The notes below the pieces were generated by a model, which saw only the letters and a list, made by a program, of their open reading frames with translations, searched no databases and was not told the DNA's origin. The position numbers were made by a program, and so were the translations under genes. DNA of 64,000 nucleotides from a virus: positions 50,690-114,689 of IMG/VR virus record IMGVR_UViG_3300028008_000005; one strand, given 5' to 3'. Of the stretch, positions 8,313 through 17,794 are shown one piece after another. Positions within the stretch are counted from its first letter, which is position 1, and each line of letters starts with the position of its first letter.

Positions 8313-8590
8313 TGAATAGGATCGAAATGATTAAGAATGCGGTTCATAAGATTCAGGGCAATCCAGAATTTAAGTCTACTATGCAAAAGGCTAACGCTAG
8401 GTTTATTAAAGATTGCCAAAAGAAGATCGATCGCATTCGAGCTAAGCAAGAGCGTCAGGCAGAGAAAGAGATACAGGAGCTTGACGAAAACTATAACCAT
8501 CTTGAACCAAAGGTTGCTCGCCAAATCGCAGATTCTGTTGTTGGTGAGATATATCGCGAAACTACTAGATTTGATAATGAGTGGAATTAA
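8312..8590 (+). CDS. Hypothetical basic helical protein, 92 aa (start re-called at MNRIEM)
   Basis: GGAGG RBS before the ATG at 8312. Confidence 0.65.
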   Translation: MNRIEMIKNAVHKIQGNPEFKSTMQKANARFIKDCQKKIDRIRAKQERQAEKEIQELDENYNHLEPKVARQIADSVVGEIYRETTRFDNEWN

Positions 8591-8591
8591 T

Positions 8592-8954
8592 ATGGAAACA
8601 TTTGTTGTAACAACACAGATCCTTGAAAACTACGGATCGCATACCACCGACGGGGAATTCTCTTCGGGCAATGCCTACTGGAAGTTTAAGGGTGGATCAA
8701 CGTATATCGTTAAAGGATTATCCCGTAGCCAGGACGCTATGGCTTATGTTGCTGGACCTAATATCGAGAATACCGTTAACTGGAAAGAGTTTCCTATTGA
8801 GGTTATGACCATGGATGAATTTGAATCTAGGTTTCCAGAAGCTTCTGATCTCCTAGATTTTGAATTGAGAGAAGCTATTACTTTAGATGCTAGCGTTGAG
8901 ATACCTACTAAGCCCAAAGGCAGATTTCATCTGCGTGGGTCCTTGGGACTATAA
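8592..8954 (+). CDS. Hypothetical phage protein, 120 aa (start re-called at METFVV)
   Basis: TQ.LENYG.H...YWKFKGG.TY pattern, recalled from T4-like phage early proteins. Confidence 0.7.
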   Translation: METFVVTTQILENYGSHTTDGEFSSGNAYWKFKGGSTYIVKGLSRSQDAMAYVAGPNIENTVNWKEFPIEVMTMDEFESRFPEASDLLDFELREAITLDASVEIPTKPKGRFHLRGSLGL

Positions 8955-9286
8955 TGTCTACACCTCGTCGCTTAAAAGAAGCAAGAATGGAAGCTCACCG
9001 CCAAGAAAAGATTGAGAAGGAACGTAAGAAGTTGTTTACGGTTAATTCAAATAAGAAGGAGTTTATACCCTATGTCCCGAAACCGATTTATCGCAAGGAG
9101 GAACAGAAGTATGAAAGTGCAGTCAGCAGCAAACTCGAACATTCGGCGGCAGCAACAGCAAAGCCAAGAAGAACAGAGTACTCCGGTGACTACGTCACAG
9201 GAATCGCAACAATGCACAAATCAAATCTCGTCCCTGTCGGAAGGGGAGATAATCCGCAAGATTATGCAACAATGAGGAGAAGTTAA
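8954..9286 (+). CDS. Conserved hypothetical T4-like phage protein
   Basis: C-terminal Y.G..V.GIATMHKSN.VPV motif. Confidence 0.7.
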   Translation: MSTPRRLKEARMEAHRQEKIEKERKKLFTVNSNKKEFIPYVPKPIYRKEEQKYESAVSSKLEHSAAATAKPRRTEYSGDYVTGIATMHKSNLVPVGRGDNPQDYATMRRS

Positions 9287-9534
9287 TGAACCGCAATAAA
9301 ATGATTGAAATGCTACGTGATCAGGTGTGCGTAGTTAAGTTTACTAAGGTAAACGGGGAATCTCGCGAAATGGCATGCACTTTAAATGAGAATGCTATTC
9401 CAGATACAATGAAGCCTAAGGATTCATCTACAGCTTGGCCGGAAGAAGTTATTCGGGTCTTTGATGTAAACAAATCCGGTTGGCGTTCTTTTAAGGTTGA
9501 TTCAGTTCAGACGTTTGATTTTCTACTTCCATAA
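9286..9534 (+). CDS. SH3/WYL_2-like beta-barrel protein
   Basis: V.FTKVNGE.R.M.CTL ... VFD.....WRSF motif. Confidence 0.75.
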   Translation: MNRNKMIEMLRDQVCVVKFTKVNGESREMACTLNENAIPDTMKPKDSSTAWPEEVIRVFDVNKSGWRSFKVDSVQTFDFLLP

Positions 9535-9539
9535 ATATG

Positions 9540-9568
9540 TTTACTTTTTTAGAAAAGTGTGATATAAT
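9540..9568 (+). promoter_or_regulatory. Early sigma70-like promoter
   Basis: TTTACT-N17-TATAAT with extended TG. Confidence 0.7.
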
Positions 9569-9597
9569 GATTTTATTATTAACAAAAGGAGGTTATT

Positions 9598-10731
9598 ATG
9601 GCAATAGGTAGAAAGCAATTAAAGAAGACAGTCAGGGTAAGACCTAAGACTGGAATCCATGCTGCTGAGACCATTGTTGATTTCTATAAGCTTAAGTGGT
9701 ACTTCCACTATGAAATAGAAGTAAAAGAAATATCTTCTGTTGTTAAGCCCTGGATCAAAGAAACCTTTTCTAAAGAAGAAGCAAAGGCTATTCTAGCTAA
9801 TCCCGAATATCACTTTACGATGTATCCACACTTTGCATCGTGTATATTTTGGGCTAAGAAGAATATGCCTTATCCTGAACCATATGCTAATTGGTTTAAT
9901 ATTGTTAAGGATTACTATACCAGCATTATTGAAATCGGTCAATCTATTGTTAAGGAAAAAGCTGAGAACAAAGATAATGCTGGAACAAACGTAGTAACAC
10001 TCAGTCCTCAGCAAAGACTAATCAATAAGATTAACGATACAGTTATGCAGGATATTCTTGATCTTGAAGATAAGTGGATAGATGGTGACAATAAAGCTAC
10101 TATCGATCTCTATACCCAGTTTAAGGTACACGGCCTATCTGGCTCTGCTGCTGATCACGTTCGTAAGGTCCTTAGTGTATGGTTGGATGAGTACACAGAA
10201 GCTTATAGCGGAACGTGTGAGCAGCTTAGCGAGGCGTATTCACATGTCTCTAAGCCTAATCTTAAGCAAAGGATTAAGACCTGCGAAGCTATGCTATCTG
10301 ATCTTGATAAGATTAAGAGTGCAGCTAAGGCAGTTCGTAAGACTCGTATTAAGAAACCTAGAGCTGCTGATAAGCAAGTAAGTAAGTTAAACTACTGCAA
10401 AGAGAATAATGAATTTAAAATTGTTTCAATATTCCCTATACAGATTGTTGGCTCTATGAGGTTATATGTATTTAATGTTAAAACCAGAGAGTTAACTGAA
10501 TTCATAAGTGAATCGGTTAATGGCTTTGAAGTGAAAGGGACTTCATTGCAAAACTTCGCGGGAGGATCACGTAAGGTTAGATTACGTAAACCAGACGAGT
10601 TCCTATCAATTGTACAGTCTAAAACACCGAGGCAAATTGATAACGAATGGCAAAAATTAACTACAAAGACAAGCGAACCCAACGGGCGAATCAACAAGGA
10701 CTGTGTCTTGTTACGTGTATCGGACTCTTAG
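9598..10731 (+). CDS. Conserved hypothetical protein of marine T4-like phages
   Basis: 377 aa; AGGAGG RBS; C-terminal VKGTSL...LRKP...NGRIN..C.LL motif. Confidence 0.75.
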   Translation: MAIGRKQLKKTVRVRPKTGIHAAETIVDFYKLKWYFHYEIEVKEISSVVKPWIKETFSKEEAKAILANPEYHFTMYPHFASCIFWAKKNMPYPEPYANWFNIVKDYYTSIIEIGQSIVKEKAENKDNAGTNVVTLSPQQRLINKINDTVMQDILDLEDKWIDGDNKATIDLYTQFKVHGLSGSAADHVRKVLSVWLDEYTEAYSGTCEQLSEAYSHVSKPNLKQRIKTCEAMLSDLDKIKSAAKAVRKTRIKKPRAADKQVSKLNYCKENNEFKIVSIFPIQIVGSMRLYVFNVKTRELTEFISESVNGFEVKGTSLQNFAGGSRKVRLRKPDEFLSIVQSKTPRQIDNEWQKLTTKTSEPNGRINKDCVLLRVSDS

Positions 10732-11261
10732 CAGTTGTAGCTCGATGGGATTATTCAACCCCTGTAAAAGCTGAGCCAATTGTAATTCCTGAGGTAGTAG
10801 AAAAACACACACCTTATGAAACTGTCTATGCTACTGATATATTCGTAGAGAAAGACTTTGAATGCTTAGTTTTAAATAGCTATTATGAAGCTAGGAATCA
10901 GAACGAAGATGCTATTATGGCAGTTGCCATGGTTACTTTAAATAGAACCCAAGATAGTCGTTATCCTTCTACAATATGCGAGGTTATTAAGCAAACTAAG
11001 TATGATAGACTGGGTAGGATACTGCTTAACCAATGCCAGTTCTCTTGGTATTGCGACGGTAAGTCCGATAGACCCAAAGATAGAAAGGCATATAAGTATG
11101 TACAGTATATAACAGAGAAAGCTATTGTTCTCTGGTATACTAATCAGGACATTACAAAAGGTGCAACACACTATCATGCACGCTATGTAAAACCTGATTG
11201 GGCATCATCACTCGCTTACATTGATGATATAGGCGATCATAGATTTTATAAATGGAACTAA
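10647..11261 (+). CDS. Cell wall hydrolase, SleB/Hydrolase_2 family (start uncertain)
   Basis: CL..N.YYEARN, AVA.V.LNR....YP.TIC.V, CQFSWYCDGK, GATHYHA.YV.P.W, IGDH.FY. Confidence 0.88.
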   Translation: MAKINYKDKRTQRANQQGLCLVTCIGLLAVVARWDYSTPVKAEPIVIPEVVEKHTPYETVYATDIFVEKDFECLVLNSYYEARNQNEDAIMAVAMVTLNRTQDSRYPSTICEVIKQTKYDRLGRILLNQCQFSWYCDGKSDRPKDRKAYKYVQYITEKAIVLWYTNQDITKGATHYHARYVKPDWASSLAYIDDIGDHRFYKWN

Positions 11262-11279
11262 TGACTGAGGAGTATAGCT

Positions 11280-11459
11280 ATGCCAACGAAGTTTAAACCG
11301 TCTACATATAAGAGGGTTGGGGGTGTTAAAGTAGGATCTCATACCTACATGTCCGGGGTATCTGTTAAAGCCCTGCAAGACGTATTAGAGTCTAATTCAG
11401 CAAAGCCTAAGATGAAGAATAAGGTTCGAAAAGAGCTTGTCCGACGAGGCGTTGTATGA
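11280..11459 (+). CDS. Hypothetical basic protein, 59 aa (MPTKFKPSTY...KVRKELVRRGVV)
   Basis: Translated by hand; GAGGAG RBS; ATGA overlap with gp33. Confidence 0.7.
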   Translation: MPTKFKPSTYKRVGGVKVGSHTYMSGVSVKALQDVLESNSAKPKMKNKVRKELVRRGVV

Positions 11460-11698
11460 TAGAACCTAAAATCTTAACTAAGAAAAGGTTTTCAGAGGAA
11501 GTAGAAAACAGGATGGCAAAAGGCTTAGAGAGTAGCTACATTGACGCCTGTGTTCAAGTCTGTGAGAACCACCAATTCCCTCCAGAAGAAGCTGGTCGGC
11601 TTATCTCTCCCTCTTTATACTCTAAGATTGAGGCAGAAGCTGCTAGGGTAAATTTAGTAAAGGTTCCCTCTCATAATACAACCATGCTTCCTATATGA
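11456..11698 (+). CDS. gp33: Late transcription coactivator gp33
   Basis: FS.EVE...SYIDA....CE...LIS..L..KIEAEA..NL motif; 33-59-32 synteny. Confidence 0.85.
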   Translation: MIEPKILTKKRFSEEVENRMAKGLESSYIDACVQVCENHQFPPEEAGRLISPSLYSKIEAEAARVNLVKVPSHNTTMLPI

Positions 11699-12285
11699 GA
11701 CAAATGGAACCTTTCCAAGCCTTCAGTCTATATCAAGCTATTAAGCTACACTTCGAAAGTGATAGCTACGATGCAGTAAAGTATAACTACAAAACGTCTG
11801 CTAAGCCACAGTCTTTCTGGAAAAGAAAGGATAAGTATTTCTTTGCTAAAGTTGGTAAAAGGTTTGAAACAGCAGAGCAGTTAAAGTTCTATTACATCTC
11901 CCACTTCATTAAAGACAATAAGTGGATAGGTGATATGATCTCAAACGAAGGTCCTTATGATGACTGGATTAGGATAAACGAAAGTCTTGGCTATATCTTT
12001 GAGCAAGACCTATATAAACTATCAGAGGAGATAAGCTCGTTTGACGACTTGTTTAAGATTGATGTACATCCTAAGATTGTAGAAAAATACATGCAGGATG
12101 AGATATCATTAGAAACAGTTGTTATAATAAATAAATTAGTCGGCTTTATGAATAAGGCTGATAAAGAAATTACGGAAACTATCGTGTGGCCTGACATCTC
12201 ACGAAAGATTCGTAAGTATACCCCTTTTGTTATGGCGAACCCTGAAAGAATGAAAAAAATTATTCTTAAGGTGTTTACATCATAG
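11695..12285 (+). CDS. gp59: Helicase loader gp59-like
   Basis: Y.AIKLHF...YD..KY, F.KRKDKYFF.K, ISLET motifs; located between gp33 and gp32. Confidence 0.8.
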   Translation: MRQMEPFQAFSLYQAIKLHFESDSYDAVKYNYKTSAKPQSFWKRKDKYFFAKVGKRFETAEQLKFYYISHFIKDNKWIGDMISNEGPYDDWIRINESLGYIFEQDLYKLSEEISSFDDLFKIDVHPKIVEKYMQDEISLETVVIINKLVGFMNKADKEITETIVWPDISRKIRKYTPFVMANPERMKKIILKVFTS

Positions 12286-12302
12286 CAAAAGTATGGTATA
12301 AT
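12274..12302 (+). promoter_or_regulatory. Early sigma70-like promoter for gp32
   Basis: TTTACA-N17-TATAAT with extended TG. Confidence 0.75.
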
Positions 12303-12367
12303 GTAGTCTATATTATGGGAAAGTGGATAATTCAGTAATACTAATACAAACTATATGGAGTAATAAT

Positions 12368-13279
12368 ATGTCATTCGCAGACCTCAAGCGTAACCGTTCA
12401 TCAGCAATCTCAGCTCTTACTGCAGCAGCAGAATCAGCTGGATCTGGTCAACAACAAACTAAAAGCTATGTAGACGATCGATTCTGGAAGCCAACATCTG
12501 ATAAAGCAGGTAATGGTTATGCAGTAATTCGATTCTTACCTGCCCCATCCGGTGAAGAACTCCCTTGGGTTCGTTACTGGGATCACGGCTTCCAAGGTCC
12601 TGGTGGTCTTTGGTACATCGAAAGCTCACTCACCTCGATCGGACAACAAGATCCAGTATCTGAAATGAATACTGTACTTTGGAATACCGGCAGGGATGAG
12701 GATAAGCAGATCGCTCGCGATCGTAAGCGTCGTCTACATTATGTAGCGAATATTCAAGTTATCTCAGATCCTTCTAAGCCAGAAAACGAAGGTAAAGTAT
12801 TCCTTTACAAGTTTGGCAAAAAGATCTTTGATAAAGTTATGGATGTTATGCAACCTCAGTTTGCAGACGAGCAACCAGTTAATCCTTTTGATTTCTGGGA
12901 AGGTGCAAACTTTAAGATTAAGATTCGTAAGGTAGATGGTTGGGTTAACTATGACAAGTCAGAATTTGATGGCATGTCAGCAATCTCTCAAGATGAAACT
13001 GAAATCGAAGCAATCTATAATAAGCTATATAGTCTACAGGATTTTATGGATCCTAAGAACTATAAGACCTATGAAGAACTTAAGCAACGCCTAAACAAAG
13101 TATTGGGTGAAGCACAAGTTATGACTACTGCAGAATCTATCTCATTGGACGAATCTTCTGATTCAATCCCATGGTCAGCAGAACCGGCTCCAGTTCCAGC
13201 TCCGGTTCAGGCTTCTGTTGATAATGATGACACAGAGGATACATTAAGTTACTTTCAGAAGTTAGCAACGCAAGGGTAA
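12368..13279 (+). CDS. gp32: Single-stranded DNA-binding protein gp32
   Basis: DDRFWK..DKAGNGYAVIRFLP, NEGKVFLYKFGKKIFDK, NYDKSEF and an acidic tail. Start re-called at MSFADLK (GGAG RBS). Confidence 0.96.
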   Translation: MSFADLKRNRSSAISALTAAAESAGSGQQQTKSYVDDRFWKPTSDKAGNGYAVIRFLPAPSGEELPWVRYWDHGFQGPGGLWYIESSLTSIGQQDPVSEMNTVLWNTGRDEDKQIARDRKRRLHYVANIQVISDPSKPENEGKVFLYKFGKKIFDKVMDVMQPQFADEQPVNPFDFWEGANFKIKIRKVDGWVNYDKSEFDGMSAISQDETEIEAIYNKLYSLQDFMDPKNYKTYEELKQRLNKVLGEAQVMTTAESISLDESSDSIPWSAEPAPVPAPVQASVDNDDTEDTLSYFQKLATQG

Positions 13280-13295
13280 GAACTTAGCGTTTTTT

Positions 13296-13319
13296 GGGAG
13301 ACTTCGGTCTCCCTTTTTT
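13296..13319 (+). terminator. Rho-independent terminator with a C(UUCG)G tetraloop
   Basis: GGGAGAC-TTCG-GTCTCCC-TTTTTT after gp32. Confidence 0.92.
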
Positions 13320-13327
13320 ATGTGTGG

Positions 13328-15271
13328 CTAGAAGGGGTTTATAAAGTCCAGACGTTGAAGGTCGTCAGCTGATATACCCTGTGATATATTATTAGTTATA
13401 GCTGTAGCTGAATTAATGTTGCCACCTGATCTACCACCACCTCCACCGCTTGAAGCTTGAATAATAGTCATATTAGTTTGTGCAGCTGCTTGCGCTTTAT
13501 TGTCCATCATAGTATTAGTAGATGAGAGTACTGCTCCAGGTGTCGTAGCGGGCTCTATACGAGGTGCTAGAGGGGTAGGTTCACTGCCTTGTATAAGATT
13601 ATTAGATTGGTCTTCATCAGATCCTCTGATCATTGACCTCGTTCTGGTCTCTATAGTAGCTATAGCATCTTTCTTTTGTTCTACTAGCTTATTGTATTCT
13701 TCGGCTTCATCTCCAAAGAATCCTGCATTATCTTTTGCTTGAGCTCTTAGTTGTTCGTCGTTTGCGGTTGCAACGTTAAACTCAGGCTCTTCACCACCCA
13801 ACCAGGACGGCAGTATAGATTTAAGTTTAGCACTGATCTCGTCGAGAGACGGGAGGAAGTCAAACAGTTCTGAAAAGAAGTTTATAACATTATCAACTAC
13901 ACCGCCAATCATTTCGCGTAGGGAGAAACTTTCTTCTGGTGTCTCAAAGGCAAACATACCCATGATCCAGTTAATAGCCATATCAACAGGAGCAAAGAGT
14001 ATATCAAATAAGCCACCTTCACCTACTAGTCCTTCCCATAGGGCTTGCATTGTTTCAGCAATATCAAAGTTAGAGAATACTCCCTTTACCCAATCAACTG
14101 CTGAACCTACAATTCCGAATATACTATCAAACATTGAGGTAAACAATTCAGAGAATGAAAATGATTCTAGCATCTCTGCAGCGTTTTCAAATCCTAGCTT
14201 ACCCAATACCCAGGATACTATATTTTTAATAAAATCGAGGGGAACAGCAACAAGATTATCAAATAGGTTTGTTATCGCCCCTTGGATACCACCTATTAAA
14301 CCACCTTCTTTAAATCCTTCGATAAAGCCAGTAATAGCAGAAAATGCACCCAAAGCAATTGTAAAGGGCAGAAAGATTTTTCCAAAGATTTTTCCGACCT
14401 TACCCAAGGTTTGACCAAAAGATCTAGCCATTTTTAGTAAAGAAGAAAATCCTCGTATAATAGATCCGCCAAATATAGCAAAGAATCCTGCTAAGGCAAT
14501 ACCTATACCTTTAATATTTTCTCCTATAAGGACTTTTGCTGTTTCCCAATCGCCACCAATAATAGCTTGGATGGTCTTGTACATACCATCAAAGAAGTTA
14601 ATAACAGAATCAATTATCTTATATAATGTTTCCGGAGAGAATAGCATTAGGCCAATAGCACCAAGAGCGCCAATTAGTCCTGCACCTTTCTTAAAGTTAT
14701 CTGAGAACTTATCAAACTTATCCCCTACATTATCAAGACCGTTAGACATTTGAAGCAGGCGAGAGTTACCTTCTTCTGATAGTCTTCGATTCTCGCGAAT
14801 AGTCTCTTCGTCGTCTGCAGATGATTTAATTGTTTCTATCTGCTTAAGCAATAGATCCTTTTCCTCAGAGCTTATATCAGGATTCTCTAAACGCTCTGAT
14901 GTTTCTTCAAACGACTTCAGTAATGCCTTAGAGTTATCAGTAGATGATAATAGCCCATTTAAAGACTCAAGCTTATTACCAAGCTGCGCAACAGTCTTAT
15001 TTGCTAAAGTATCTTTCTTTTCTACTTTCATGTCTTCCACAAGCTTTGGAAGGCCAGTAAGATTAGCTAACTTATCACTTAGCATTTTCTTAGTACTATT
15101 TAATGCTTCTAGTTCTTTAGAGTGCACTCTAAGCTGATTAGTCAATTTCTTTTTGTTGTTTTTCCCCTCTGCAGACTCTCTGGCTTTTGAGATCCTACTT
15201 TGCTCATCTGTCGCAGCGGCAAGTTGATCTGTAACCTCTTTTAGTTGACTACTTAAACTATCTTCAGCCAT
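13328..15271 (-). CDS. Tape measure / baseplate hub protein, gp29-like
   Basis: N-terminal coiled coil and amphipathic Gly/Phe-rich repeats; lies downstream of gp26/gp51. Start re-called at MAEDS. Confidence 0.7.
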   Translation of the reverse strand: MAEDSLSSQLKEVTDQLAAATDEQSRISKARESAEGKNNKKKLTNQLRVHSKELEALNSTKKMLSDKLANLTGLPKLVEDMKVEKKDTLANKTVAQLGNKLESLNGLLSSTDNSKALLKSFEETSERLENPDISSEEKDLLLKQIETIKSSADDEETIRENRRLSEEGNSRLLQMSNGLDNVGDKFDKFSDNFKKGAGLIGALGAIGLMLFSPETLYKIIDSVINFFDGMYKTIQAIIGGDWETAKVLIGENIKGIGIALAGFFAIFGGSIIRGFSSLLKMARSFGQTLGKVGKIFGKIFLPFTIALGAFSAITGFIEGFKEGGLIGGIQGAITNLFDNLVAVPLDFIKNIVSWVLGKLGFENAAEMLESFSFSELFTSMFDSIFGIVGSAVDWVKGVFSNFDIAETMQALWEGLVGEGGLFDILFAPVDMAINWIMGMFAFETPEESFSLREMIGGVVDNVINFFSELFDFLPSLDEISAKLKSILPSWLGGEEPEFNVATANDEQLRAQAKDNAGFFGDEAEEYNKLVEQKKDAIATIETRTRSMIRGSDEDQSNNLIQGSEPTPLAPRIEPATTPGAVLSSTNTMMDNKAQAAAQTNMTIIQASSGGGGGRSGGNINSATAITNNISQGISADDLQRLDFINPF

Positions 15272-15282
15272 TACCGTCTCTC

Positions 15283-15468
15283 TCATCGACTTTGTTGTTT
15301 TATTCTTTGGTTCTCATCTTCGATATACTGATGTAATAACATAATATAAATCTCTCTTTCCCAAGGTAGCATATCATCTAATTCTGTTAATGAGTACTTG
15401 TGGTGCTGCATTAATGCAAAATTAGTCTTATAATGGTTCTCCAATGAATCATGAGAAAGACTTACGAG
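15283..15468 (-). CDS. gp51-like baseplate assembly chaperone segment in the -1 frame of gp26 (not in the ORF track)
   Basis: Translated by hand: LVSLSHDSLENHYKTNFALMQHHKYSLTELDDMLPWEREIYIMLLHQYIEDENQRIKQQSR*. Confidence 0.8.
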   Translation of the reverse strand, partial: LVSLSHDSLENHYKTNFALMQHHKYSLTELDDMLPWEREIYIMLLHQYIEDENQRIKQQSR

Positions 15469-16166
15469 AAAAAATTCTGTAAGCCCTCGATCTCAATATC
15501 ATTCTTTACTTTACAGCTTTGACACTGAAAAGATACTTTATGCTTAAGCTTAGGCATATCGTCAAAAAACGACGTAACCTTTTTAAACTGATCAGAAGTT
15601 AATGAATCAATAAACTCCATTAGACTCTCATCCGTTTCATTTTCTGATGCATAAACGTTCTCAGCATCGTAGATAGATTCAATTGAAGAGATAACAGCTG
15701 ACATTGCTGAGTCTGTATCATTGCTCTTCTGAAGCTGTCTATATAACCCTTTAACAGTCGGATACTTAACCATTAGACCAACTGTATCTGTTAGCTCAAT
15801 CTTGGCAGATGGTTTAATATCTCCTTCAACCTCGACGTCGTTTAAATTTATTTCCACCTGACTTGTCTTAGAACAGTCTGAGCATTTAATACCGAGGGTA
15901 GATGTCTCTCCCACTGACTTAGACCGAAGCTTAAGGAAGATGTACTCTAGATCAAAGATAGTAAGGTTATCAACCTTTACTTTACCCTCTGTACAACCTG
16001 CGATTGTATCACGAAGAGCTGATATCATTTGAGATTGGTCTTTTGTCTCAAACGCCATCATTAAGATCTTTTCTTCTTTAACTAAGTACGGCCGATATTC
16101 TACTACCTCCTTTGTACTCGGTACTTCTAAACTATATTTAGCTGCGACCAGCTTGGGTAATGCCAT
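15462..16166 (-). CDS. gp26: Baseplate hub assembly protein gp26
   Basis: MALPK, YRP.LVKEEKIL, FDLEYIFL.LRSKSVGE, two CxxC motifs, EGLQNFF. Confidence 0.88.
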   Translation of the reverse strand: MALPKLVAAKYSLEVPSTKEVVEYRPYLVKEEKILMMAFETKDQSQMISALRDTIAGCTEGKVKVDNLTIFDLEYIFLKLRSKSVGETSTLGIKCSDCSKTSQVEINLNDVEVEGDIKPSAKIELTDTVGLMVKYPTVKGLYRQLQKSNDTDSAMSAVISSIESIYDAENVYASENETDESLMEFIDSLTSDQFKKVTSFFDDMPKLKHKVSFQCQSCKVKNDIEIEGLQNFFS

Positions 16167-16205
16167 AATATTCTCCAATAATTATATAACTTACACGTCT
16201 AACGA

Positions 16206-17123
16206 TTAACCAGATAAACCTTTAACGGCTGAAGATGTTCGAGAGATAACAGCTTGTGATGCAGTACTTGCTGCTTCATTAACCGTTCCTCCTAGACCAG
16301 CACCGAATATATTTGTAACCTTTCCAGATATTTGTGAGATAACAGATCCAAGTGATCCTTCATATGGTATTGTTATAGATGCGGAATTACCAAGTATCTT
16401 ATCTCGAATTTGTGATGTAATAGAGTTAAGAGCAGTTGTCATCTCTCCAGCTAATTCTGATTTTAAACCTGCTAGAAGTGTTTCAGCCTGATCTCCCAAA
16501 TCCCCAAAAGGGAAGAAGGGGAGTGAAGGCATAAGTGGGTTAGGGAATGACAATGAGTTCTTAAACTCTGCTAATGATGATGCCAAAGTGAAGTATGTAG
16601 TGTTACTTTTAAAGTTATCATAGGTCATTGTAACAGTAAATTTCATGACCTGGCTTTCAGCGGTATTAGATAGCTCCATAGCACTAAATGAAATAGGGAA
16701 TGCTTTTTCTAGATTTACCCTATGTACCATTTTGCCATCAAGAGATAGCATTGTTATAGTCATATCAGAGGCATACTGCGATTTATAGTATATCTTACCG
16801 TCTTCGTCGTTTATAACGTGCTTCATCCACTTCTCAAATAGATTCTTAATATAGAAATCATTTGTAACTAAGAAGGTAAGAGTTACATCGTCGTTTATAA
16901 ACGTATAAGGTGTTTTAGTAGAATGCTTAGTGGTTACATGTTCGTTAGTAGATATAGAGCGACCAGGTAATGATGCAGACTCGCATATAGCGTTAACAAG
17001 AAACATATCTGGATTAATAGAAGCTGGACCATTAAACGTAATAGCAAAAAGATTAGGACGGGCTAATCCGCCACGCTCTGATATTCTTGAAGATAAATCC
17101 TGGACTGGAGAATCAAAAATCAT
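16206..17123 (-). CDS. Baseplate-tail tube initiator gp54-like (tail-tube fold) with a low-complexity C-terminal extension
   Basis: GGLARPN.F, CESASLPGR, FE.WM..V, AFP, F.VT.TY motifs. Confidence 0.75.
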   Translation of the reverse strand: MIFDSPVQDLSSRISERGGLARPNLFAITFNGPASINPDMFLVNAICESASLPGRSISTNEHVTTKHSTKTPYTFINDDVTLTFLVTNDFYIKNLFEKWMKHVINDEDGKIYYKSQYASDMTITMLSLDGKMVHRVNLEKAFPISFSAMELSNTAESQVMKFTVTMTYDNFKSNTTYFTLASSLAEFKNSLSFPNPLMPSLPFFPFGDLGDQAETLLAGLKSELAGEMTTALNSITSQIRDKILGNSASITIPYEGSLGSVISQISGKVTNIFGAGLGGTVNEAASTASQAVISRTSSAVKGLSG

Positions 17124-17125
17124 TG

Positions 17126-17713
17126 TTATACCTTTTGTCTTGAGTCTTTCCAGACTGTTCTCTTGCCTGATTTACGGAATTGCTCTGTTGGTAAGAACAC
17201 TGCTATTTCCCATTCTGTTGCCTGTACCATAGCAGCTTGTCCTTCTACATGCTTATATAGATATCTTTTAAAACAAGGAGCAAACCATTTTAATTTAGAT
17301 ACACTTTTTAATAGATTGTAGTTTAGTTTAAAACGTGTTGACTCGTCGTATCTCTTATTGTTTGTTATATCCATAAGACCATCGAGCATCTTAGCGCGAA
17401 GCGGCGGTGGGAGATAATGTAGGTTTAAGCCATAGAATCCACCAGGTGCTGCTTCTACCATAACAACTAAAGGAAATGCGTCATAGTACGGTAAGGTCTC
17501 TCGATTCTTAGGATCATAGAAATACATGTACATTGATCCAGAGCGTAAACGTTTTCGTTCTATTACATTCGGATCTTTTAAAAGACCACGACGGCTTACA
17601 CCTTGCATTGTTTTAAGCTTATCCTGGAACCAAGCACGAGAACTATCTGTACGTGGAGTTATTCCAGCTTTAAAAGCTTGCGCTTGATACTTGTCGAATA
17701 GAGAATCTGCCAT
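17126..17713 (-). CDS. gp2: DNA end protector protein gp2
   Basis: Y.YDPK..ETLPYYD.FPLV, GLNLHYL, CFKRYL..HV, LPTEQF. Confidence 0.9.
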   Translation of the reverse strand: MADSLFDKYQAQAFKAGITPRTDSSRAWFQDKLKTMQGVSRRGLLKDPNVIERKRLRSGSMYMYFYDPKNRETLPYYDAFPLVVMVEAAPGGFYGLNLHYLPPPLRAKMLDGLMDITNNKRYDESTRFKLNYNLLKSVSKLKWFAPCFKRYLYKHVEGQAAMVQATEWEIAVFLPTEQFRKSGKRTVWKDSRQKV

Positions 17714-17734
17714 AGTACTATTTATGCTATTTTG

Positions 17735-17763
17735 TTTACATTCCTATGAATATATGATATAAT
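17735..17763 (+). promoter_or_regulatory. Sigma70-like promoter oriented antisense to gp4
   Basis: (G)TTTACA-N17-TATAAT with TG, the same pattern as the other early promoters. Confidence 0.6.
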
Positions 17764-17794
17764 AAGAGAGTCTTCTCTGAGGAGGGATGATATA

